Source: an uncultured Bacteroidales bacterium
GTDB taxonomy: Bacteria; Bacteroidota; Bacteroidia; Bacteroidales; B18-G4
Direction of reading: 5' to 3'
Length of the DNA stretch: 34,936 nucleotides
NCBI GenBank assembly: GCA_964536525.1
Contig: CAZHYA010000002.1
Span: forward strand, 1 to 34,936
Below are positions 8,237 to 17,800 of the stretch, piece after piece. The notes under the pieces were generated by a model. That model made no database searches. It worked only from the letters and a program-made list of their open reading frames with translations, and was not told the DNA's origin. A program made the translations under genes and the position numbers. Position 1 is the stretch's first letter; every line of letters begins with the position of its first letter.

Positions 8237-9541
8237 CTACCTTTTGTCGATGAAGTTGACCGCTTTACGGTTTTCTTCGGGGAACCTGACCTTCTCGATA
8301 TTTTCGACGGTGTCGAAGATGATTGACGGGGCCACACGCAGCCTGGCCCTGAAATGGTCTTTCAGGCTTGCAGCCGACAGGTTGCAGCCTGCACTGCAAC
8401 CGACCCTGATGAGGATCTCGTCGGTACCCAGCTCGTTATGGGATACTTCAACCACATAGTTTTCGATGCCTTCGACATTGTCGAGGATGTCGAAGAGTGC
8501 CGGGGGGTAGAGGGTGGTGCCCTTGAACTTGATCATCTGTTTCTTGCGCCCGATTACCGGGCCCAGGCGGGTGGTGGTGCGCCCGCAGGCGCAGGGTTCA
8601 GGGTAGTGGTAACAAATATCACCCGTTTTGAACCTGACCAGGGGCATACCCTCAACGCCAATGGTGGTCACGGTAACCTCGCCTGCCTCGTCATCAGCCA
8701 CCGGGTTATTGTTGTCGTCGAGAAATTCCACGATGATGAGCTCGGGATGCTGATGTCCGCCCACGGCATACTCGCAGTCGGTGAAGGCGGTGCTCATCTC
8801 GGTGGAAGCATAGGTGGAATAGAGTTCAATGTCCCACTTTTCCTGTACCTTTCTCCCCAGCGTAGTGAGCGAAAAGTCGGGGTTGCGGAGCGTTTCGCCA
8901 ATACATACGGCCTTCCTGACGCCGGTGTTACGGTAGTCGATGTTGTTCTTCTCGGCAAATTCGATGAGTTTCAGCAGGAAAGAAGGAACCACGATGAAGG
9001 CGGTGGGCTTCATGCGCCTGATGGTGTCCCACTGCAGCTCAGGCATGCCGTTGCCTACCCTGATGATGCCGGCGCCAAGCCTGCGGGCGCCGAGGAAATA
9101 AGCCAGCCCTGCCATAAAGCGGCGGTCGATGGTGGTCATCAGCTGAAAAATGTCGTGCTCCGTGGTCCCGGCACAGGAAAGCGAAAGGTATTCGTTATAG
9201 GCCAGCCTGTCGAGGTCATGGTCGGTCATGGCAAAGGTAACCGGGTCGCCAAGGGTGCCCGAAGTGGTGATCAGATCGATGATCTTCTCGCGGCCCACGC
9301 AGATAAAATCCTCGTTATACCGCTGGAGGTCTTCCTTGGTGGTCACCGGCAGCAACGGAAGGTCGCCGATGCCACGGATCTTTGCGATGTCGACCTTACT
9401 TTCCCTGAACACCCTCGAATAATATGCCGAATGGGTGTTGACATAGGCCAGCACCTCTTTCAGTTTTTCATCCTGGCTTGCCCTGATCTCCCCGCGGGGC
9501 CTGGTCTCAATGTCGGGAATATGTCGTGACCGCTTACTCAT
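8237..9541 (-). CDS. Phenylacetate-CoA ligase (PaaK)/coenzyme F390 synthetase-like adenylating enzyme (aryl-acid activation)
   Basis: Start chosen at ATG 9541 (MSKRSRHIPDIE), which overlaps the upstream stop by 8 nt (ATGAGTAA). The 9607 start would lie inside the upstream gene. AMP-binding P-loop ITTSGTLGDPVTF, and PaaK-like VVPSFLLKL, YASTEM, RFKTGD. Confidence 0.85.
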   Translation of the reverse strand: MSKRSRHIPDIETRPRGEIRASQDEKLKEVLAYVNTHSAYYSRVFRESKVDIAKIRGIGDLPLLPVTTKEDLQRYNEDFICVGREKIIDLITTSGTLGDPVTFAMTDHDLDRLAYNEYLSLSCAGTTEHDIFQLMTTIDRRFMAGLAYFLGARRLGAGIIRVGNGMPELQWDTIRRMKPTAFIVVPSFLLKLIEFAEKNNIDYRNTGVRKAVCIGETLRNPDFSLTTLGRKVQEKWDIELYSTYASTEMSTAFTDCEYAVGGHQHPELIIVEFLDDNNNPVADDEAGEVTVTTIGVEGMPLVRFKTGDICYHYPEPCACGRTTTRLGPVIGRKKQMIKFKGTTLYPPALFDILDNVEGIENYVVEVSHNELGTDEILIRVGCSAGCNLSAASLKDHFRARLRVAPSIIFDTVENIEKVRFPEENRKAVNFIDKR

Positions 9542-11219
9542 GGCTGCATTCCTGGATCTTGTCCCCGATCTGCTTCCGCTCATCGGCAGAGCCGATCTCA
9601 TTTTCAAGCGCTAATTTATAATATTTCATTGCTTTGTCGCAGAAACCCTGGTTTTGATAATATTTTCCGATCAGGTAATAGACCTGGTAGAACGAAGGGT
9701 TGGAGGCGATGAACAGGCTCACGGCCGTTTCTTCCTCTTCGAGTTGCGTTCCCGAACCTGTCGCATCCTGAAATGTTTTCGCCCATTGCCTGTAATGCAT
9801 GAAATCGTCAAATTCTGATGAGTTCAGGAAGGTGTCGGGGGGAATGATGTTCGCGCCGATGAATATCGGGTCAGCGCTCCGCCGGCCATGATATCCGAAT
9901 ACCGAATCCAGGTCGTAGCAAAGGTAAGCCCCCAGCTGCCAGGGTGCCGTGCTGATCCAGACCTGCCGTTGTTCCGGCCTGAATATGACCGAATGATGGG
10001 CGATGAGCTGGTTGATCGCCTTCTCGTTGCCATTGCCGATGTCCCTGCCGCCTTTTCCTTTCCGGTCGCGCAGGATGGCAGAGGCCGTTACGGGGCTTAT
10101 CACCGGATGACGATCGAGCAGCTCCTGTACCCTTTCAAGGCGGTAAACGGAAGTTTCGTTGGCCATGTTTTCAAGGTTCAGCCTGTCGCCGGCAAGGGCA
10201 TCCGACTGGAAATGGTTGGTGAGGATGATAAAATTGGTGTCGGGATCATAGATGGCCGTTTTGTCCGTCGATTTCTCGATCACCACCACCCTGTGGTCCG
10301 CTGCCGAGCCTATAAGGAAACTTTCCGACACGAAAGAACTGCGTGCCGAAGCAATTTCGTATGCTTCTTCGATATTGGAGGCGTATTGAAGTATTTCCCT
10401 GGCGATGATGGATACAGGTGTCCGCGCCCCGAAGGGGATGTCGGATTTGGCGGAGTTCAGCGTCAGGCAGAGTCCTTTCTCGTTCATCCCCGACACCACC
10501 CCGATCATCCCTGCCCAGGTGATGCTGGCAAAGGCATAGCCTTGCGTGGGCCTGACAAAGGCGATGATCTTGTTTTCGGCAAAGGCATCGCCCACGTAAA
10601 AGTCGAAATTGCGACCCACGAGCAGGGAGCTGTCGGATGAACGGCCGTCCCACACGCCGAAGGCGGTACATTCAACGAGGTTCATGTTTTGAAGGGCGTG
10701 GCCGATATCATGGGCGGCATGGTAGTTGAGGATCCGGTCGTAGTTATTACCGATAAAATCATAATTGCCGGAGGCAAAGGCTGATATGCCATAGATCTCG
10801 AGCAGGTATTCCTGCCTGATATGGCTGTCGAGGTCCTTGTTGAACCAGGCCAGGAAATACTTCAGGAACTTGAGGTATGAAGGCGAAGGTATCATCAGCC
10901 TGATCTGGTCGACGAAAGCATCTTCCTGTTCTTCGATCAGCTCACGGGTCAATGCCCCGTTCATGATACCCAGCTCAAGGGGGTCTCCCTCGACATACAA
11001 TTCCCAGAGGCCGTAGGCATTCTGGTTCAGCCATCCTGCCCCGCAGCTCAGCAGGCCCGGCTCCGCCTCGATCCGTTCACAGGCCATGGCCCCGGGATCG
11101 AGTTCAGTGGGAGGGATGATCCTGGTGGCGAGGTTAAAATAGATGATGAAGGCCAGGATGGCCAGCAACAGGGCTGCCAGGATATAAAGCCATATTTTCC
11201 GTCTTCTTTTTTTAGCCAT
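9534..11219 (-). CDS. C45-family Ntn acyltransferase/hydrolase (acyl-CoA:6-aminopenicillanic acid acyltransferase-like) with N-terminal TM anchor and TPR-like tail
   Basis: N-terminal anchor MAKKRRRKIWLYILAALLLAILAFIIYF. Candidate nucleophile context NLVECTAFGVWD followed by LLVGRNFDF. The C-terminal YYLIGKYYQNQGFCDKAMKYYKLALE resembles a TPR repeat. Confidence 0.75.
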   Translation of the reverse strand: MAKKRRRKIWLYILAALLLAILAFIIYFNLATRIIPPTELDPGAMACERIEAEPGLLSCGAGWLNQNAYGLWELYVEGDPLELGIMNGALTRELIEEQEDAFVDQIRLMIPSPSYLKFLKYFLAWFNKDLDSHIRQEYLLEIYGISAFASGNYDFIGNNYDRILNYHAAHDIGHALQNMNLVECTAFGVWDGRSSDSSLLVGRNFDFYVGDAFAENKIIAFVRPTQGYAFASITWAGMIGVVSGMNEKGLCLTLNSAKSDIPFGARTPVSIIAREILQYASNIEEAYEIASARSSFVSESFLIGSAADHRVVVIEKSTDKTAIYDPDTNFIILTNHFQSDALAGDRLNLENMANETSVYRLERVQELLDRHPVISPVTASAILRDRKGKGGRDIGNGNEKAINQLIAHHSVIFRPEQRQVWISTAPWQLGAYLCYDLDSVFGYHGRRSADPIFIGANIIPPDTFLNSSEFDDFMHYRQWAKTFQDATGSGTQLEEEETAVSLFIASNPSFYQVYYLIGKYYQNQGFCDKAMKYYKLALENEIGSADERKQIGDKIQECSHE

Positions 11220-12705
11220 TGGCGATCTTTTTGGTGAGGTAGCCGAGTCCCAGGATCTCAGAGCAGGTGATCACCGCACTGGCGGTGACGCCCATGATCC
11301 CGTGGAGGTTCAGGTTCTGCCCGGTAAAGAACAGGTTGCTGACCTTGGTCCTTGGCAGGATGATCGATTTCACCGGGTCGCGACAGTCTTTCATGATCCC
11401 GTAAGCCGCCCCCTCATGCGTAGCAGTATAATCGCGGAAGGTAAGCGGTGTGGAAGTATAAAAGGATGCTATCTTTTCCCTGATGCCCGGCAGCCGTCGC
11501 TCAAGTGCTGCAAGCGCGAGCTCTGCCTTGTGTGCCTTGAACTCTTCATAGTCGGGGCCCCTCCTGTTGACAGTGGTATCCTTCCAGCGGCTCACTTCTT
11601 CAAAACTCATATCGGCCAGCATCACGATCGATTCGGCAAAACTTCCCGTTCCCGACATGGCCGGGGTATAAAAGTAATAATTTTCGGGCCAGCGCCCTTC
11701 ATCATGCACTGCATTTAAGATGCCGTCGCGGCCATAGTGGAAATAGTTCCTGTTGAGGTAGGCGAAGGCATCCTTTTTCACTATAGCATAGACCGCAAAC
11801 ATCCCCCGGCTGTTTTTCAGCCCCATGATCCTTTTCCGGTAAATATTCCTGATCTTTCCTTCTGCGATCATGTTGAGGCTTGCCACGGGGTGTGCGTTGG
11901 AGATGATCGTATCGGCAAACACCGTTTCACCGCTTTCGAGAACCACACCCCTGGCCTTATCGTTACCGATGATGATCTCCTTCACTTTTTGTGAGGTCAT
12001 TACCGTGCCGCCATTTTCGTGGATGCCTGCCGTGAGCAGGTCGGCGATCTGTTGACTCCCGTCGACAGGCCTCCAGCAGCTGTTTACCAGCGAAGAGCGC
12101 ACACATGCATGCACGTACATGGGCGTTCTGCTTTCATGGCCGGGGTATAGCGACTCCGCCCCGGCCAGCACGTTCTTCAGCCTGTCGTTGCGGCTCAGGC
12201 CGGAGAGAAATTCCTGGGCACATCCCTCAAGGGTGCGCCTGGGAAGATAGTAGGTGTCGATGGCCGACAGGTTGAAAAGCGGAAAATCGGCGGTAACCGA
12301 ACGGATCTTCGTCACATAGCGTTCGATATTTGCCCCTTCACCGGGAAATTGTTCCGTCAGCGTGGATACGAACCGGTCGTAGCCCTGCGAAAGCAGGTAT
12401 TCGCGCTCATCACCATCGAAGGTGATGGTGTCGAAACCGTCAGTGTCGAGCTGTTTGAGCCTGAGTTTGCCGGCAATGCCGAAATACTTGAAATACTTAT
12501 GCAGGTACTGCCCCGGAGCCATGCTCCCGATGTAATGCATGCCGGTGTCGAAGATGCATCCCTTCCTGCTGAAAGTCTGCAGGTTGCCACCGGGCTGGCT
12601 ATGCTGTTCAACCACACACACATCCATCCCCTCCCTGCTGAGGATGATGCCGCACTCAAGGCCTCCCAGCCCTGCACCGATGATCACCACATCATATTTT
12701 TTCAT
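11212..12705 (-). CDS. NAD(P)/FAD-dependent oxidoreductase, phytoene desaturase (CrtI)-like family
   Basis: Rossmann dinucleotide motif MKKYDVVIIGAGLGGLECGIILSREGMDVCVVEQHSQPGGN. Length of 497 aa and C-terminal FFTGQN are typical of the family. Confidence 0.88.
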   Translation of the reverse strand: MKKYDVVIIGAGLGGLECGIILSREGMDVCVVEQHSQPGGNLQTFSRKGCIFDTGMHYIGSMAPGQYLHKYFKYFGIAGKLRLKQLDTDGFDTITFDGDEREYLLSQGYDRFVSTLTEQFPGEGANIERYVTKIRSVTADFPLFNLSAIDTYYLPRRTLEGCAQEFLSGLSRNDRLKNVLAGAESLYPGHESRTPMYVHACVRSSLVNSCWRPVDGSQQIADLLTAGIHENGGTVMTSQKVKEIIIGNDKARGVVLESGETVFADTIISNAHPVASLNMIAEGKIRNIYRKRIMGLKNSRGMFAVYAIVKKDAFAYLNRNYFHYGRDGILNAVHDEGRWPENYYFYTPAMSGTGSFAESIVMLADMSFEEVSRWKDTTVNRRGPDYEEFKAHKAELALAALERRLPGIREKIASFYTSTPLTFRDYTATHEGAAYGIMKDCRDPVKSIILPRTKVSNLFFTGQNLNLHGIMGVTASAVITCSEILGLGYLTKKIANG

Positions 12706-15700
12706 CTTTTCTCCTCAGAACATAGATAAGGTTGGATGTGAACCTTGTCTGGTCAATGATCTCGCACTTCATCTGCAGGCTTGAGAATACCGAAAGGTAG
12801 TGCTCCCTGCTGCTGAAGTATAATTTCTCTTTCAGGCCGGCCGTCTTGTTGAAGCCGATACCGGTAGACAGGATCTCCGACATCCGGGTGCCAAAGTGTT
12901 TCTTTCTCATGCCCCTGTCGGCGTCCCTGATGATCATCACCCCCCCGGGTTTCAGCTTTCCTGCACACTTCCTGATCAGCTCTTCCTGTTCCTGCACGGG
13001 GATGTAATGTAAAACGTCGGCCAGGATGAAAGCATCGCTTTCGGGCGGGTCGATACTGCCGATATCGCCATGGATAAACCGTATGTTCTTGTTCTTCAGT
13101 GCACAGTTGTTGGCCGTGTCGATCTTGTCGGGGTCGTAGTCATAGGCGATGAATTTTCTCCCGGGTGCCATAAGCTGCAGCATGTAGGCCATAAAGCCGT
13201 ATCCGCAGCCGATGTCGGTGATCTGCCCTGTCGACGGGAGATTTTCGTGGAAGGGGAGGTAATGGTCTTCCAATCGGATCTTAACCTTCATATACCATTC
13301 GAGCACCGGGCCCCGGTAGAGGTAATTCCTGATCACCTTCTTCCTGAAGAAGGCAGGGGTTTCAAACGCGCTCCTGATCACGGCATATTCTCCCTTCATG
13401 TAATGCCGCACCGCTTTCGACGTGGCCAGCAGGCTGTCTTTGATAAGCGGATTGCCGGGGCTGATCCTGGGAAGCACGGTGATACTTGTCGGTGAAGTCT
13501 TAAGGAAAGGCTCAAATTTTGGCATGGCATTGCCCGAGCCGTAGGAGATCACGGGCAGGATGTCGATGCCCAGTTCCCTGGCAATGTAGAAGGCCCCCTG
13601 GTGAAACCTGCCTATTTCGAGATCATATGAACGCGTGCCTTCAGGGAAAACGAAAACGGAATAGCCCTCGTCGACAATATTGCGCATGCGGCCCATGATG
13701 GGCCCGAGCCCGTCTTTCACGGGGAGGAAGTCGGCAAAACTGACGAACCATCCGAAGAAGATGCTCTTTTGTACCCAGGGATGGGTGAGCAGGATCATCC
13801 TGGGATTTTGCATGATGTTGAGCACCGTGTCGAGGTGCGACTGGTGGTTACAGATCACCACGGCCGGCTTCCTGAAGTCTTCGCCCGGAGCGTTGCGTAT
13901 TGTTTTCCTGATGTTCCAGGAGCCATACACGATGATGCGGCAGGCCAGCGACAGCATATGGTGGAACCACAGTTTCTTTTTCGCGGTTTTCATGGGGACC
14001 AGGTACTTCAAAACCAGGCCTGAGATGTTGAGCACCGTAACGCCGATAAGGAAAATGGCAAGGGTATTGAGCGAGAACAGGAAATCCCTGAAGGTCACGG
14101 GCCACCGCCTGGTCCTGCCTTCATGGATGATCAGGAAACGAAAGAGTACCGGCAGGATGGTGTAGGTGATAAAAATGACCGAGGTGATCCCGATGATGGC
14201 CGAGATGGCAATCGACTGCAGGGCAGGGTGCTTGGCGAAGATGAGCACCCCGATGCCGGCAATGGTGGTGATGCCGCTGAGCATGATCGAGGTCTTGTAG
14301 GAATTGAGTTTTTCTCTGCCGTACCGGTATTCCTGCATGAGTCCCCGCATGCAGAAGATGGCATAGTCGATGCCCAGGCCGAAGATAAATGAGGTGATCA
14401 CCACGTTGAAGATGTTGAACCTGATCCCCAGCAAGCCCATGATGCCGAGTGTCCAAACCCAGCTGATGAGCAGGGGGATGAAGGTGATAATGCCCAGTTC
14501 TATCCTCCCGAATGAGAGCGTGAGGATGAGGAACACTACCGCCAGGGAGAGGATGATCAGCCTGTCGAAATTGTCGCGCAGCCCCTCCATGAATGATGAG
14601 GTGAGCGACTGCCTGTCGAAGACGATCACCTCCTCATCTTCAAAAGCGTGGTAAACGGCTGGCTTGTCTTCGGCCCTGAGTTTTAGCACGGTAGTTACCA
14701 GGGCCAGGCTGTCGGTCTGGGCAATATATTCGTCCAGGAAGATATCCCTCACGGGGGCAAGCCCTGCAAGTCCGGGATCCTCCATTCCGTAGTCGAGCAG
14801 CCCGTAAAAGGCACTGAATGTATTTTCCCTGAAACGGTATGGCCTGGCTGCATCCTCAATGGATCGCTTTACCGATGCTGTCCTTTCTTCCGACCAGAAC
14901 GACCTCCAGCGTTGCAGCCGCTTTTCGCGCTCTCCGGCCGAAGGATAGAAATGGTGAACAGCGTTATAATGGTCAACCTTCCCGGCTGCCACCAGGCTGT
15001 CGATGACTGGCACGAGGCGCTCGTTGTTTGCAAGGGCTTTCTCCAGCACGGGCGAGGCAGACACGAGGAATACTGAACGGAGCTTGTAGTCTGAGATACT
15101 GTCGAGATAGTTCTCAGCCTCATGCAGTTCCTCTCTCATGTAATTCATGCTGTCCATGTTGCTTTCGAATTCCACTTTTCGGGAGGTAAAGGTGAAAACG
15201 ATCAGCAGGATGATGATGAGCCATACCAGTATGCCTTTCCTGTGAAAGGGATAAGAGGCGATCCTCTCGATCAATTGCGACAGGCGGTTGCCGGGAGGGG
15301 CATGATCCTGGTGCTCCCGGTAAAACTGCGGCAGGATGACCAGGGTGAAAATGGCGGAGGAAAGGACAGTGATGGCGGCGAAAAGCCCCAGGTCGCGCAT
15401 GGCCTCCGACCGTAGCACAAGCAGGCAGAGGAATGCAGAGGCAGTGGTGATGCTGCTCATCATCACCGGACCGGAAATGTCGCGGATCACGGTCCTCACC
15501 GAGGCAGTATGCCTGAGGTGGTTCAGGAAGTGAAGGGCATAGTCGACGGAGATGCCCAGCATTACCGACCCCAGGCCCAGCGAGATGGCCGAGACCTCGG
15601 TCTTGAGGAGGAACAACAGGGCCATCGAAAAGCCTCCCCCGAACAGGGCAGGAAGGAACAGCAGGAGGAAGGTGGTTTTGCGGCGAAAGTAAAACCCCAG

Positions 15701-16561
15701 GAACAGCACCAGCAGCAATATGGCAATGCTGACCGTGGCGATGATATCGTTTTTTATTTGCCGTGCGTTGCCAGCGGCGACGGCTGCCGAGCCGAAATAT
15801 ACCAGTGAGGCCCGCCCGTCGTAGTGTTGCTCAATACCGTTGGCGAAGCTGTCGAGCATCCCGAGGAGCAGGGCATTTTCGGAGGTTTCGGTACCCGGGT
15901 TGGCAGGAACAATAAAAAAGAGCAGGTTCCTCCTGTCGGCCGAAACGATGTAGTCGTGATACAACCCGAAATTTTCGCTCACTTTCAGGCGCTCGAGCTT
16001 GCTGAGTGCCACAGGAGTGATGCTGAGCGGATCTTTCAGGATGAAATCCCTCATGACGAAGCCCCCAGGCGACACCAGTGCCTGATAGTCGTCCCTGATG
16101 GCCCGGGCGATCAGGGAGTCGTTCAGCCTGCCGGCAATAACCGGATAATCTTCCTCCTCCAGGAGCAGGGGCAGGTGATCATAAAAAGCTGTGTAAACCT
16201 CCGTTGTGGAGGCGGGCGAAAACCTGCTTTCGATCGTGCTGATATAGGCAGCGGCACTGCTGTTCTGCAGCGAGTCGATCAGGTCTTCTGCAAAGCTGAT
16301 GAGCAGTCCGGGATCGGCCTTTTCTTCGTTTTCATCAAGGGTGATGCACAGCACCAGCCGGTCGGAAAATTTCGAATGTTGCAGCACGGTGAGCAGTTCC
16401 CGGTTCTTTTCCGAGCTGGGGATAACCTTGTTGATGTCCTCTTCGAGGCGGATTTGCGAGCCGTACCAGCCTTCGAAGGCGGCGAGCAGGGCCACAAACA
16501 GCAGGAAAGCCAGGCGGTGCCTCTGGAAAAGATCATATATCAGTATAAATATGTTTCCCAT
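12692..16561 (-). CDS. Trifunctional fusion: MMPL/RND-type transporter + PlsC-type lysophospholipid acyltransferase + class I SAM methyltransferase
   Basis: 1289 aa. Residues 1-~812 contain two MMPL-like 6-TM bundles (GISVDYALHF, GLGIDYAIF). The acyltransferase HX4D motif is NHQSHLD (H906-D911, nt ~13846-13829), with FPEGTR at aa 972-977. The SAM motif I is ITDIGCGYG at aa 1114-1122 (nt 13222-13196). Confidence 0.9.
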   Translation of the reverse strand: MGNIFILIYDLFQRHRLAFLLFVALLAAFEGWYGSQIRLEEDINKVIPSSEKNRELLTVLQHSKFSDRLVLCITLDENEEKADPGLLISFAEDLIDSLQNSSAAAYISTIESRFSPASTTEVYTAFYDHLPLLLEEEDYPVIAGRLNDSLIARAIRDDYQALVSPGGFVMRDFILKDPLSITPVALSKLERLKVSENFGLYHDYIVSADRRNLLFFIVPANPGTETSENALLLGMLDSFANGIEQHYDGRASLVYFGSAAVAAGNARQIKNDIIATVSIAILLLVLFLGFYFRRKTTFLLLFLPALFGGGFSMALLFLLKTEVSAISLGLGSVMLGISVDYALHFLNHLRHTASVRTVIRDISGPVMMSSITTASAFLCLLVLRSEAMRDLGLFAAITVLSSAIFTLVILPQFYREHQDHAPPGNRLSQLIERIASYPFHRKGILVWLIIILLIVFTFTSRKVEFESNMDSMNYMREELHEAENYLDSISDYKLRSVFLVSASPVLEKALANNERLVPVIDSLVAAGKVDHYNAVHHFYPSAGEREKRLQRWRSFWSEERTASVKRSIEDAARPYRFRENTFSAFYGLLDYGMEDPGLAGLAPVRDIFLDEYIAQTDSLALVTTVLKLRAEDKPAVYHAFEDEEVIVFDRQSLTSSFMEGLRDNFDRLIILSLAVVFLILTLSFGRIELGIITFIPLLISWVWTLGIMGLLGIRFNIFNVVITSFIFGLGIDYAIFCMRGLMQEYRYGREKLNSYKTSIMLSGITTIAGIGVLIFAKHPALQSIAISAIIGITSVIFITYTILPVLFRFLIIHEGRTRRWPVTFRDFLFSLNTLAIFLIGVTVLNISGLVLKYLVPMKTAKKKLWFHHMLSLACRIIVYGSWNIRKTIRNAPGEDFRKPAVVICNHQSHLDTVLNIMQNPRMILLTHPWVQKSIFFGWFVSFADFLPVKDGLGPIMGRMRNIVDEGYSVFVFPEGTRSYDLEIGRFHQGAFYIARELGIDILPVISYGSGNAMPKFEPFLKTSPTSITVLPRISPGNPLIKDSLLATSKAVRHYMKGEYAVIRSAFETPAFFRKKVIRNYLYRGPVLEWYMKVKIRLEDHYLPFHENLPSTGQITDIGCGYGFMAYMLQLMAPGRKFIAYDYDPDKIDTANNCALKNKNIRFIHGDIGSIDPPESDAFILADVLHYIPVQEQEELIRKCAGKLKPGGVMIIRDADRGMRKKHFGTRMSEILSTGIGFNKTAGLKEKLYFSSREHYLSVFSSLQMKCEIIDQTRFTSNLIYVLRRKDEKI

Positions 16562-16565
16562 TCCT

Positions 16566-17780
16566 TTATTTGCTTTTCCGGCCTTTCACGGGTTTGCCGG
16601 AAGGTTGCCGTCTGAAGATCAGCAATGCAAAATAAGTGATAATTCCGAGCCCCACAGCAAGCACCATGCCGAAAACGAGTGCTCCGATGATGTACTGTAC
16701 GAGGTTTTGTGTAACAAATTCGAGGGTGAAGCCTTCGCCAAAGTCGATGCCGGCGCCTTTCCCAAGCACGATCCCTCCGCTGATGTAGCTGAGGTACAGG
16801 ATGAAAGGGATCATAGGCGGTATGCTGATGTTCGACACGGCCAGCACGATGATCTTGTTCAGCCTGAAGGCGATGGCAATGCCCAGGGCGATGGCCATCT
16901 GCCACCCCCACACCGGTGCCACGGCCATGAAGGCACCCACCATTACCGAAGCCACCTTTACTCCGTTTGTTTCCTGAGGGTTGAACAGTTCCCTGCGGAT
17001 GAGCGCCTTGAACCCCTTCCAGGTGAGGTTGGAAAAGAACAGGTACGGCCTGAAGAACAACAAGGCCAGCAGCACCAGCACGGTGTTCAGCACGCTTATC
17101 CTGAAGAAGTCGGTAAAGGGACGGAAGTGGCTCACCCTCACCCCGGGTGGAGGATAATAAACTTTAACGGGAACAGGGATCACCCTCACCTTGCGCCAGG
17201 CAGCCCTCACCAGCACCTCCACCTCAAATTCGAAGCGGCGTGTGACGAAGGAGATCGGCTCAAGCTTTTCGAGCGGGTAGAGCCTGAAGCCACACTGGGT
17301 GTCGGGGAGCCTGATGCCGGTGTTCACGGTGTACCAGAAGTTGGAGAAGCGAAAGCCGAAGGTGCTCTTGCCCGGTGCACCGGCCCCTTCCATATCGCGC
17401 GCCCCCACGATGAGCGCTCCGGGCATGTCTTCCACGGCCCCGAGAAACACAGGCAGGTCGGATGCAAAGTGCTGACCGTCGGAGTCCATGCTGATGGCAT
17501 ATCGATATCCCAGTTCGCGGGCCCTCGCGAAGCCCTTGCGCAGGGCAAAGCCTTTGCCCTTGTTTTTTCTCATCCTGAGCACTTCGAGCCCGGGATACTG
17601 ACGAAGGATGGCGGCAGTGTGGTCGGTGGATCCGTCGTCGATCACGATGAGGTTGACGGTATATTCCAGGATGTCGTCGATGACGGCAGACAGCGTGCTG
17701 CCGTTGTTGTAGGTGGGCAGCAGAACGCAGCAATGGTTATGGTCGAATCTCTCCTGACAGCTCTTGCCTTCCTGTTCCAT
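16566..17780 (-). CDS. Family 2 glycosyltransferase (GtrB/ArnC/DPM1-like) fused to a DUF2062 membrane domain
   Basis: GT2 motifs CCVLLPTYNNG, IVIDDGSTD, NKGKGFAL and MDSDGQH. The C-terminal ~150 aa is hydrophobic and DUF2062-like (VGAFMAVAPVWGWQMAIALGIA). Confidence 0.88.
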   Translation of the reverse strand: MEQEGKSCQERFDHNHCCVLLPTYNNGSTLSAVIDDILEYTVNLIVIDDGSTDHTAAILRQYPGLEVLRMRKNKGKGFALRKGFARARELGYRYAISMDSDGQHFASDLPVFLGAVEDMPGALIVGARDMEGAGAPGKSTFGFRFSNFWYTVNTGIRLPDTQCGFRLYPLEKLEPISFVTRRFEFEVEVLVRAAWRKVRVIPVPVKVYYPPPGVRVSHFRPFTDFFRISVLNTVLVLLALLFFRPYLFFSNLTWKGFKALIRRELFNPQETNGVKVASVMVGAFMAVAPVWGWQMAIALGIAIAFRLNKIIVLAVSNISIPPMIPFILYLSYISGGIVLGKGAGIDFGEGFTLEFVTQNLVQYIIGALVFGMVLAVGLGIITYFALLIFRRQPSGKPVKGRKSK

Positions 17781-17800
17781 GATCGTTGCCGGTGTAAAAG

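Noticed and set aside
8354-9529. 391-aa plus-strand ORF, and similar long antisense ORFs at 4942..6015 (-), 15824..16615 (+), 16299..17870 (+), 19258..19947 (+), 19910..20578 (+), 22885..23709 (+), 27468..28433 (+), 32084..32794 (+), 33310..33891 (+) and 34060..34812 (+)
   Set aside because: Each lies entirely opposite a gene with clear family motifs. Their translations are rich in Arg, Gly, His, Pro and Val, low in complexity and lack recognisable motifs. They are shadow ORFs of the kind expected from codon bias at this GC content.
9542-9607. Upstream ATG (9607) for the PaaK-like ligase
   Set aside because: It would add MKMRSALPMSGSRSGTRSRNAA, encoded inside the C45 gene in another frame. 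ATG 9541 gives a compact 8-nt overlap and an N-terminus typical of the family.
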